Source: Lingula anatina
Lineage: Eukaryota > Animalia > Brachiopoda
DNA length: 64,000 bases
NCBI GenBank assembly: GCA_051362555.1
Contig: CM120647.1
Span: 13,802,651-13,866,650 of the forward strand
Direction: 5' to 3'
Made by a program: the position numbers and the translations under genes. Positions 34,801-45,792 of this stretch are shown here, one piece after another (within the stretch, counting starts at the first letter, position 1; each line of letters starts with the position of its first letter). The notes beneath the pieces were generated by a model, which was given only the letters and a program-made list of their open reading frames with translations, was not told the origin of the DNA and did not search any database.

Positions 34801-36056
34801 CGTATCAGATACAAATTTTGAAAATTCTTTGGAGTGCCGTTTGTTTTTCTCGATCTGGAGGTTTGGTATGGGTATTGGGGGGGGGGGGGGGGGGAGGGCT
34901 TGGATTGTTGTTTAGTTATCCCTCTTTTCAAATCTTGAGATTCTTGCAAATGTAAAAAAAAATAATAATAATAAAAAAATTAAAAAAAGAACAATCCTAA
35001 CGAGTGAATATTATGTTTAAATTAGTTTAATATATTGATTAAAAATATGGCAAACTCTTACATGTTGTCGTACTTCTTCCCATTGTTGTCACACAGTGGC
35101 GTGTCACCTTTGAAATATGAATTCACGCTGCATATGGTGTTCTCATTGTATCTTGTACAAAAAGGCAGCACTGGGATGGCAAGAGTAGCTGTAAGAAACG
35201 TTGAAAACAAACGTTTACGATCTAATCTTGTTTAGGGCCCCTTTACACTGGACGGCGTTCTTTCTGCGTCCAGCAGTAAGGACCCATTTGAGAGTTAAAA
35301 AATTATAATACTTTACGTGTCGACAACTGGCCGATCATTGAGCATTCATTCTGATACAAAATCAATGCTCCTGTCTCCTTATTAAGACCACAGCGATGCT
35401 AAATTTCATGGTCGCAGAAAGGACGCAGAAAGGACGCCGTCCAGTGTAAAGGGGGTATTATGAACAGATACGATGACACACATCTGGATTGGAGGCGATT
35501 TTTAGCCCTATGGCACTGAATGAGGTGACCGGTGTATCCTGGCTCTGTCCATAGAAATGTCTTAGGCTTCGTTCACATGCAATGTCTATTTTCTAATTTC
35601 TATTTTCTATTTTCGCTATCTTATTATCACGGTCTGTGCCCTGAATATCCCGCCGCGTAATTACTGGCAGCGCGAGCCAGTTACTTATAGTAACTTATAG
35701 TAACTGGCTCGCGCTGCCAGTAATTACGCCGCGGGATATTCAGGCCACAGACCGTGATCATAAGACATACCGCAAATAGAAAATAGAATTTAGAAAATAG
35801 ACATTGCATGTGAACGAAGCCTAAGTGTGAGACCTGAACGTCGGCTTGACTTTAATATTACAAGAAAAATGATTTGCCTATAATCTTTAAAGAGTTAATT
35901 GAGATGCTTTTGAAAAGTATACTGCACTATTTTGAGGCGAATCAAGGAATATCGATAGGAATAGAGTAAACCAACTTTTTAAACCTCGTGATACTCACCA
36001 TCAAACAACAGCAGTGATAGTACTGAACACTTCCAAATTTTCAAATTCCCCGACAT
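31896..36056 (-). CDS. Secreted Kazal-domain plus EExxH zincin-like protein (paralogue B), about 415 aa, 6 exons
   Basis: Minus-strand exons 36056-35999, 35188-35062, 34286-33762, 33308-33255, 33005-32784, 32157-31896, all GT-AG and phase-consistent. Signal peptide MSGNLKIWKCSVLSLLLFDATLA; six-Cys Kazal-like CTRY..CSV..PLCDNNGKKYDNMCQYIKAVC..YEC; Ser/Pro linker; core FFAKYLNVFGV, HAAGVMAQYLDNNGDGLVD, FDESLEEILHL, CDFECLLTEFFYWGLTSILGAQ, LPSVLPNGDY. Confidence 0.88.
35235..35457. mobile_element. PIF/Harbinger-like MITE with TTA target-site duplication
   Basis: tta|gggcccctttacactggacggcgttctttctgcgtcc ... ggacgcagaaaggacgccgtccagtgtaaagggggta|tta. Confidence 0.85.
35565..35821. mobile_element. 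Foldback MITE forming a near-perfect hairpin with about 120 bp arms (Harbinger-like)
   Basis: tta|ggcttcgttcacatgcaatgtc...cgcgagccagttac-ttatagtaacttata-gtaactggctcgcg...gacattgcatgtgaacgaagcc|taa. Confidence 0.9.
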
Positions 36057-38050
36057 CTTGTGAGAACCCTGTCTGCCAGTGTTAAGCACAGAGCGTGTGT
36101 ACTTGCTTATTATAACTGTTGGCTTTCAAAATTGTTTTCCTCTTGATGATTGTTATAATGACAACTTGCGTACACTACTCTGTCTGCAATAAATGGCAGC
36201 TGGGAACAAAACATCTTAAATCCACCAACGTGCTTCTTGATTAAAAACCTTCCGCGCGAGGTCAACGAGACCCTGTTAAAGTGCACGTTATTGGTAGAGA
36301 TTATGTTATGTTTCCCTTCTGTATCAGCAGGCTCGCAGGAAGGATTGCAGTAATCTTGTATGGAAAGGAAGTCACGTCAGAAATTCCTTTTTATGCAGGG
36401 TATTATACTCATACGGTTTATTTAAACATTTGGCATCATACCCTTAATATCCGTTTTCTGGTTTGAACTTTACTGAAGCTGTGTTGGCCGCGTTTCTCAA
36501 GTATGAAGAACGTGGATAAATGCAATCGTTGATAAAGTCCGTCTCTCTGGGTTTGACCTTGACTCATTTATTTATAAAAGCACGGTTTAGATAATATTTA
36601 TGGCATATGGTGACTAGCACACATAAAACCCTATTGAATGGTTCGCTGAATGGTAATACCAATAAATCATAACACGCCACATGATGTGGGTTTAAAAAAG
36701 GAGTGGGTAAGCAACAATATTTAGGAGGAAAGGAAGAAGCCCGTTAAATCTATTATAGTACATTTAAGGGGGGTATTAGGTGAGTAGCTATAGCTGACAT
36801 CCGATGTATTTTAAATGCACAGTAAAATGGGGGTGGGTATTATATGGCCCAGTAAATGGATTATATGTAATAAACCTTATTTTCAAATTTGAGATGAGGA
36901 GAGCTGAGATATGCAGTTCCACATTGCAAATATTATTTTGTGTGAAACAATTGTGTTTGCATGCTAAGAGGAACAAAATGGCAATTAAGCTTCACCTTCA
37001 TGTACCTTCTCACTCAACATACTTCCGGTTTTGAAGTTCATCGCCAACGGGAGGGGGGGGACTCTGGAAAAAGAGTATGTACTACATTAGAATTACAAAA
37101 GTGTTGTTGCCTGCAAATTCGCTGCATCCACTTACGCTCAAACTCTTGTATATTATTTTAAAATAAGTTAACACTACATCATGTCCACGAGCATTTGACT
37201 TGGTTAACTACAATAACATCTATCCAGATATTTACGGTTCTTACCTTTTTAAATATTAATAAATATTGGTGTTCCTCTGCATATTTCTATTTCCAATAAA
37301 TTCCAATAAACAAATATCATGCTTTCCTATTCTCACAAGTCTAAAAATCTTCCCAGCCGTACACAGGAATAAGGGCAATCGTCTTATCAGTATGGTCTAT
37401 CTAATCAATGGGACACACGACTGGCACAGATGTGTCACGAAAAAGAAATGGAAATTTCGTCTAACGCACTCGGTTAGAAAAAATATAATTGCCAAAGTTC
37501 TCACCTCATATAGGGCATTCGACGCAAAAGGCCTAGTTCATCTCAGAAAAAGTAAGTAAATTACAAGTACTGGAAAGTCCCGTTCTTATTTTAGTCTTAG
37601 TGTAAAAGCTAATAGAAATGATTTATTTTAATAATCATATCTGTTGATATTGATTTGTAAATATGTCCAATGTCTACGAAAAATGTTTAGGAACAAATAT
37701 ATGTATCATCCTGGTTTAAGTCAGATAAAGCACTCGACGCGAAGCTTTATGCGAAATGGAGCAGATAATTGTTCCGAACTCATTTCGCTCGTACTTTGAG
37801 ATAATCTCCGCGATTCATCTATAATCCGTGCATGTTGTGACCTTGTGCGCGAAATGATAAAACCGAACAGATAGTTCCACCAAAATTCACTGGGGATTTT
37901 TGATGCCAACGGCTGTATATATATAACCTAAAATGAACAATGAAAATTATCAGCGCCGAGGAAGGGAATAAAGTGGTTTCGAAAAGGCTTAGCTTTGAGA
38001 CAATAACGCCAGCGACCATCAATTATATTGCGTTATTTTTTGCTGTAGAG

Positions 38051-41000
38051 ATGATGTTAACACATTTATTTCATTGGAAGGGCGTAGTGATGGTACTCTG
38101 TTTGGTCCATGGTGAGTACTGACTATTTGCAGAAGGTATTCTCGCTTAAAAGACAGATTATTTAGATTGCCTGTATTGCATCTGCATTTTTGGGGTAAAT
38201 CCTTTTTTATAGGTGTTTCAAAAATTGGTTTTGTAAACGTCGACATAATATTTTCTTTTTTACAATATTCCGCATTTTTACTGAACCACTTCTTGGCTAC
38301 AAAGTCAAGTCATCACCTGGGGTATCATACCATTCTACAAAAAGACATGACTAAAATGGCATAACGATTATATTTTTCTTCAGCTTGAAATTTATTACTG
38401 TCTGGTAGAAAACATATCAATCCAAGTGTATATCAAAAATATTATAAATACAGCATTTAGTTGACATACCACTAGTGTATTTCTAAATTATGCATTTTTC
38501 TTTTAAATTTCAAACTTTAACTAAAATTTTCATGGAATTCCAATGGTATTCCCATGCAGGCATAATGCGAGCAATGAAAAAACCTATGGCAACTTTCTAG
38601 CGACTGGGATTGCTTAAAGGTTGCTAAAAGGTTGTAAGCGCAGTGTGACCAAAGCTTCTGATAAATAAATATGCGTTCCTGCTCGTGCCCCTGCAGCCGT
38701 ATCCATGTACGGTCGAGTTCCAGTGTAATGCTAGCTTTCAGTACCTCATACGACAACAGGGCTCCGTATCTCGAAAGGTTCGCTATGTTGCGCACGTGCG
38801 CAAGCGTCTCGATTCCATAACAGATTCTATTTCGAGATACGGGGATATGGAATCGAGACACGTGCGCAACATAGCGACCCTTTCGAGATACGGAGCCCAG
38901 GGCTGTATCCTCTTCAGGGGGTTTAGTTAGGAACGTCTTCAACCAGTTTGAATCAGAGCCAAAATATGCCAGGAATATTATAAACGAAGTGTTGCTCAGT
39001 ATTAAAAAAGAAGACTTAACATTGCTGTTCTTCCATTTCCATCAATCAGCAAGGGCAGCTGAGAAGACGGCGGCGACATCCATGGTAAAAGCAGAGGAAC
39101 ACAATTTCCCTACTTTGTCCCCCGATCCCGTTCGTTTCCTGTGGCCACTCAGAACCCTTTTCTTCCCAACCAAACACAAATCAAAGAAGAAGAATAAATA
39201 TTGTCTTAACACTAGAGACCCCATCTCACCAAAAACCTTGTTGTCTTTAATCAAAAGAAAACCAAAAAAGAAGAACAAAAAGTGCCTGGACAAGACAATA
39301 TCGCCTGTACCAGATACCTTACCAGAGCTGAAGACGTTCTTCGTGAAATACCTCAACGTATTTGGCGTGAATATAGTCGCCACTGCCGGTGTCCCGGATG
39401 TTAAGATGATCCATGCTGCCGGAGTGATGGCCCAGTACCTGGATAACGATGGTGACGGTTGTGTGGATAGTCCAGCTGTGATCAAGAACATGGTGGAGCG
39501 TAGATCTACTATGATCATGTTTAGGTTTGTGTTTTCTGTTATTTCTTTTATATTGGGGGCGTTCATATCCAACTTTTAAAACAGGGTGAATCGAATCGAT
39601 TAATGGTCATGTGCATACGATTATTTTCGTCTTTTTCGTATTATTTCCTATTTTACTATAATTTATATGAATAATAGTTCAAATAACACGTGATGTCTCT
39701 TTTTTTCTTCTTTCCTTTTTTTTTGGTTTACTGCATTCAAGCTCAAAACTTTGGTGTGTTTTTTTGTTTGAAATGGAAAACAAAAACCGTGTTGTTTAGC
39801 TATTTTAGATGTAAATAATTTTATAGAAATTTCAATTAAGTGAATCCTTTTTGAAGAATTTTCAAAATTTTCATGTTTGTTTTTATGTAGAGACGAGGCT
39901 GAGTTGGAAGAGCGTGCCGACGAGATTGATGAACTTCTTGACGAGATAATTGGGTAAATATTTAAACATTTAATCCATATAAAATTGTCTTGTTTCTGAT
40001 TATCCTCATGTACCCTTGAGCATTAGGGTTTTAATGTTTTTAATTCGACTCTTTGTTAGGACTAGAAAAGCACTCCGAGAGCGCAGACCTCCGCCAAGGC
40101 AGCAACTTGTAATTATTATTGATAATTGATTGATTATTGATCCGGATCACCACCGAAAACCTATCATCTCTTCCTTGGCCCACTTCTGACAGTTCCTAAA
40201 AATTTCATCAAAATCGGTCCATAGCGTATTGAGTTGCGTTGGTGACGGCAAACAGACAAACAAACAGACAAACAGGGGTGAAAACATAACCGCCTTGGCG
40301 GAGGTAGTAATTGCCATGCCATCTCGTACAAGGACGGGCGGGGAGGGGGATGGCGAAGGAGTTGGGGAGGGGAGAAGAATGGGTTCAGGCGGGAAGGAGG
40401 GCGACGAGTGGGAATTCAGTCATAAGTAGATCCCAGGTTAATAAACTGAGGCTCTGTGCTACATCGAACCCACCCTCATTAGGTTCTAGCGACGATTTCG
40501 CTGCAAAATAATTGTCCTCATTCTAGATTTTGATCCACTTACGTCGCTTGTCTGTTTCATAGGGAGATTTCCCTGGTAATAGATCTCTATCACGGGGAGA
40601 TTTCCCTGGTAACGACTTTGTATCACAGGGAGCTCCCCTGGTAACAACTTTGTATCACAGGAAGCTCCCCCTGGTAACAACTTTAATTTGCATCACAGGG
40701 AGCTCTCCTGGTAACAACTTTGCATCACAGGTGCCCTGGCTTCACCTGTTCACGATTCCAACTCAGTTACGTCACGCTAACCCTTATTTATTTGAATTGA
40801 GGGCGGATTCGATGTTACACCTTGTTATAATGCATATAGAAACTACCTTTCACGACAACAGTGATTATCACCCAATTTGTTCCGCAGAAAAATCAAATTC
40901 CAAGCTCTTTTTGGAGATGAAACTCACCCTCCAGAGGAGAGTAGCCCTGACTTTGACGCCACTCTGGAAGAGACACTGCACCTTGTCCAAGAAGCTGGAT

Positions 41001-42277
41001 TAGTGAATGCTTTCCCGAGACAGTTTGCTGTTGACGAAGACTCACTACTGGGTCGGGCTTTGGAAAAAGCTATCGATGACTGTGGTAATGCTTTTGACGG
41101 CACCTTTAGGTAAATATTCTGCATTGGGTAAATGAATGGTCTGGGTTTGCTTTTATTTAAATGATATCAATGATGGTTTAATACGGCAAAATATATAATT
41201 TTTTTTGTCTTTTGTGTAATGATGATAAAAGGCAAATTGTCTCTAAACAAAATAAGCTAGTTTACAATCTATACAGTAGGCCTATATATATGTTTGTTTG
41301 TTTGTTTGTTTTCTCTTATGTTATGCAAAATTATTCTTTCCACCCCAGACGTATTCACCATATTTTTGCTTGTTAAATTCACATTCCTTTCGAAAACGAC
41401 AATCTTGGCGAAGAATGTTGTTTCGACCTTCATATCTAAGTCACGCGGATTAGATTCATGTACGTTTTCTAATCTAGTTAAGTATGACGAAATGTGCGGT
41501 AATGCCGTCATCTGGCATGTTCAGATCTCCATTAAAAAACATTTCACTCGATTGTTTCTACATCAAACCTTCAATTAAACTGATCTTTAGTCGCTGAATC
41601 AAGTCTCTAGATTTAACACAGACTGCTTTTATTGTGTTACGTAATATTTATCCTATATTAATGTTACAGATGTTCCAACAGACACATAATCCAAAAACAA
41701 AGCAATTTCCCTCTAATCATGCGCTTGACTGCAAGTTTTCTAGAAAATATTAAACTGGCAAAGGGATAATTAATCTCATGAAAAAAAGCAAATATCATAC
41801 ATGATAAAGCCAATGTTTTTTCCGATATATATTTTTTCAAGTCAGCCAAAAAGTGACTATTTTTATGAAAATCAAACGTGTTATTTCGCAAGAACATGTA
41901 TAAAAGTCTTAAGGTTGCAAGATCAATATTACCGTGATAAATTAATGTATTTGGCAATCAAACACTTTAAGCGATTATTTAAAGGTACTTTTCTTGCATT
42001 TAGGTATCCTGACTGTGAAGGCGTCTTCCACTATGATGATGACACGTGTGAATACAAATGTCTTCTCACGGAATTCCTATACTGGGGACTCACGTCAATT
42101 CTCGGCGCACAGGATTACCCCGGGCGATGTGACGAAATCTCGGATGAGTGGGAGCTGTGCACGAAAGATTTAGTAAAGGAAAAACTACCAGAACTTTACT
42201 CTCTCTTGACAAGAAGAATTGGAAAGTACAGGTTGCCTACAATTTTGCCGAACGGAAAGTATGGAAAGTTCTGTTGA
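38051..42277 (+). CDS. Secreted EExxH zincin-like protein (paralogue A), about 364 aa, 5 exons
   Basis: Exons 38051-38111, 39050-39524, 39891-39953, 40888-41109, 42004-42277, phase-consistent. Signal peptide MMLTHLFHWKGVVMVLCLVHARA; Lys-rich repeats; FFVKYLNVFGV, QYLDNDGDGCVD, FDATLEETLHL, YDDDTCEYKCLLTEFLYWGLTSILGAQ, LPTILPNGKY. Intron positions in the core match paralogue B. Confidence 0.9.
38757..38900. mobile_element. Palindromic MITE in intron 1 of paralogue A
   Basis: cagggctccgtatctcgaaaggttcgctatgttgcgcacgtg ... cacgtgcgcaacatagcgaccctttcgagatacggagcccag. Confidence 0.8.
40062..40310 (-). mobile_element. HINE-like element, reverse copy of the 19888-20282 family
   Basis: ctagaaaagcactccgagagcgcagacctccgccaaggc ... 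gtgaaaacataaccgccttggcggaggta. Absent from the paralogous intron of pseudogene C (about 59930). Confidence 0.8.
40555..40740 (+). repeat. Minisatellite, about 32 bp x 5-6
   Basis: Unit atcacagggagctcccctggtaacaactttgt; shorter homologous array at about 60320-60440. Confidence 0.85.
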
Positions 42278-44299
42278 CTTTAGGCGCGTTTTGATTTTAT
42301 CATGATCGACTATATAAAGCACATCAGTTTGACGCATTACTAGTCTGAAGCGTATCACATACGCAATTGAAGTATTTTGTGGATATGATGGGCACAGAAA
42401 AAGAAATTAAAATAGTTATAAAAAGACAAACATATAAAAATTGCAATACATTTAACAGTGAGATATATACCATCTCCGTCTCAATTACGTCACGCTTACC
42501 CTTATCTATTTGAATCTATTTACCTCTTAATTGGAAGGTTAAGTGCTCTTCAACTCTCATGTTTGTCTTAAGTGTATCGAATGCACACTCACTGGCGATA
42601 TTTATCTCAGATAAAAATCTACATGTGTGTTATTTTCAAAGAGCAGCTCCAGCAGACCTGGGGGCACTAGATGAAATCTGAACATAGGGCTTTATAAGGA
42701 GCCAGGGAAATAAAGAAAATTTTTTCTTGCAAAGCTTCAAATATATATATATATGTTTTTTGACACGGGCTTGATCCAGCTTAGCCCTCCAAACTAACAG
42801 GGTTGCATTGGCAATTTTCACAAACAAATAATAAAAATAGATATACCGGATCTTTATCCTGTAATATAATTGGTTGGTTTTGAATTATACCATATATAGG
42901 TTCAACTTTTAGAAGATCACCATTAAGGTGACCATGGCTAGGACGAGGAGAACATCAAGAAGGCGTTATAATCCTACAACAATCAACTGTTCTTCGGATT
43001 TATTAGTTATTTTCTGACAATTCAGGATAACTGCCGCAAACCACATCGAACAACAGTACCGCTCCGTTATATTAGAATTAGAATTTAGCTCGATACAAAC
43101 AGGCACAATCTGCACTAGTGCCCAAAGTTTGTGTCAGTAAGCCCTTAGTCAAATAAATATACTGTTCTGGGCAAGGCTTTTCCCAGCGAACCGTTCAGCT
43201 GTCATTTGGACGGTGACAAGAATGATCTACATACGGTTCAAAACACATGTGGGCCTTAAATGAATGCTGAGCCTTGGACATAATATTCGTTATAATGTCC
43301 AAGTCTGAGCTAACTTGCCGCTAAATTGTATTAGGGTACACCCTCCGGATCTTTATACGTACGGCACCTGACAAAACTGATAGACAAGAGAGGCAATTTT
43401 AATATCTTCAGCGAGAGATCGTTCTTAATCCGAAAGAGACGAGAAGGCAATTTTCATATTTGTTCAAGAGATTTCGTAAGCCGAAGATCGGGAGCAAAAT
43501 CAGCGATTCGAGCGAAACGAGAAAAACAATTCTCATATTCGTTCAAAAGACTTCGTTTGCAGAATATCGCCAGCCGCAGATCGTTCGCAATCCAAGCGAG
43601 ACGACATGGCAATTTTCATATTCATTGAAGGGTATTCTTTTGCGAAAGAGCGTCAGCGGAAGATCGTTGCCGAGTATTTTTAACCCTCCCTCCCCGATGA
43701 AATTTATTGTTTTTTATAATATTTTTCGTTTAATTTCTACCCCATTTAATTATGGCAGTTTCCCTTCTTAATCGTGTTACCATATTAAAAAAATGTTTGC
43801 ACCTCTCACACTCAGTAAATTATCCGCCGCTGATATGGTTTCTCCAATTTTACTTAGAACTACACATTTACAGGACTTTGTCGTTTTACTAACAGATCTA
43901 ACTATAGTTGTTCTCCCATAATAAAAAGCAATAATTTTAAACTTCATTTATGAATTAAATAATTGTAGTTGGCATATACAAGTACATGTACATTATGTTA
44001 CCTTTTCTGCTTGACCATAAGTAGATGCTAAGATGGATTGCGTGTGACGTCATACTCAAAGTTTCAACCCGACTGTACCGCAGGCGTTCAGAAATAAAAC
44101 GTATGAATTTGACCAACATTTCTTAATGGACAGTTTACATGGCCATTCAGAATACATAATGCGAGTACTTCCTGATCCGCCGACTAAATATGGCCGATCC
44201 CTCTTCAAAAGCAATGCCGCTAAATCCATGGTGGTCTCCCCGCCTCCACATCTTTTTTTAAAATTAACTTTCAAAATACGAAATTAGTATTTGAAATTA

Positions 44300-45670
44300 T
44301 ATGTGTGAGATAATACACTGTCACCCGAGCGATATATGCCATAACACGTCGAGCGTCAGCGAGAGGTGTTCATGGCATATATCGCGAGAGGGTGACAGTG
44401 TATTATTTGACATACATACCGAGAACAAATACAGTCATTTCATGCTAAAACACCCCTAAAACCGAATAAAGTGACCCTATATCACGCTCTAGAGATGTTA
44501 TACGAAATAAACTCGTCCACGTGCGCTGGCCACCTCCAGCCAAATTCTTACGTTATGTCTGACCAATTTGGTCAATTTTTGTTAAATACTTGTCGTGGAC
44601 GTTCATTTGCTTGAAAAGTATTTAATCAACCGTCGACACTGACCATGCGCGTCTCAGTTGAGCCACACCTAGCTGGGACTGCTGCGGAAAAAAGGTTCCA
44701 TTGCAAAACCTCTACTTTTTAGTGACATTTCTGATAAAAAAGGAGCGTCGGACCGGAATATAGTCAAACTATTTTTTCACAAGTTTACTAAGAAAGAAAT
44801 TTACTATTTGGTGATATTTCTGACGAGGCAGTTTCGGAATATAGTCAAAATCGACGGATGTTTATTACAAGTTCACGGGAGTAATAATTCTAATTTTTTT
44901 ATTGTTTTTTTCTGACGACGAGGTGGTTACGGAATATAGTCAAAATCAAACGGATGTTTATTTCAAGTCCACAGGAGTAATAATTCTACGTTTTGGTGAC
45001 ATTTTTTACTACGAGGCGGTTTCGGAATATACATGTGCTGGTTTTCAGAGCATTCATATGCTATATGTAATTACAAGTTCAAAGGGAAGATACATTTGAT
45101 TTTTACCGATATATCTGATAAAGAGGAAGAATGAACAGCTTAAAAACAAAAGGTAAATAATAACACAACCCTCGTTAAAAAGTTATAGATTTACAAATAA
45201 TTTGTATACACGTGTGGCTTAAATGTTAACTAATTCCCGTTTTCAAACCATACCCATATGACATGCCTTAGTGTAATAAAATGATAAATAATAATTGTTA
45301 AACGTGAAAAGTCTATGCTAATTTTTTTAAGAGCGTGAGAGATTGTAAATTTGTCTACTGGTAGGTATATAACGTAAGCAACGTCACTATTCTCTTGGTG
45401 CCAAGAAGGTCACATGATCACTGTCTTTGGCTTTCAGCATTCAAGAGACCACGACTGATTTAACCAAGATGTAGTCGTGAAATTCTAGACTACATCGAGG
45501 TTAAATCCGAGTTCTCCGAGAGACGCTACGCAGGAATGTCGAGTGAAGCGAGACATTTTTGGGTAGCGGCTCGAGGTTGCCCTCGATCTTCACTGAAGCT
45601 TGGCTAAATGGACAGGCTTCAGTGATCATCATATCGCCACGGTCATATAACATCCCTAGGTATGTATGAA
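44300..45670. mobile_element. Putative non-autonomous DNA element with a terminal hairpin and internal tandem repeats
   Basis: Hairpin 44300-44418 with arms of about 48 bp around cgagcgtcagcgag; repeats of about 95 bp (cggaatatagtcaaa) at 44750-45030. The right boundary is inferred. Confidence 0.45.
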
Positions 45671-45734
45671 ACAATAATGCTGTTTATATAGAATTTAGAT
45701 ACCAAAATGTTGTTCATAGGTGTCGTTGTGTTTC

Positions 45735-45792
<58 letters not shown>

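Noticed and set aside
40555-40740. 32-bp repeats resembling CRISPR repeat length
   Set aside because: Head-to-tail degenerate units without spacers, inside an intron.
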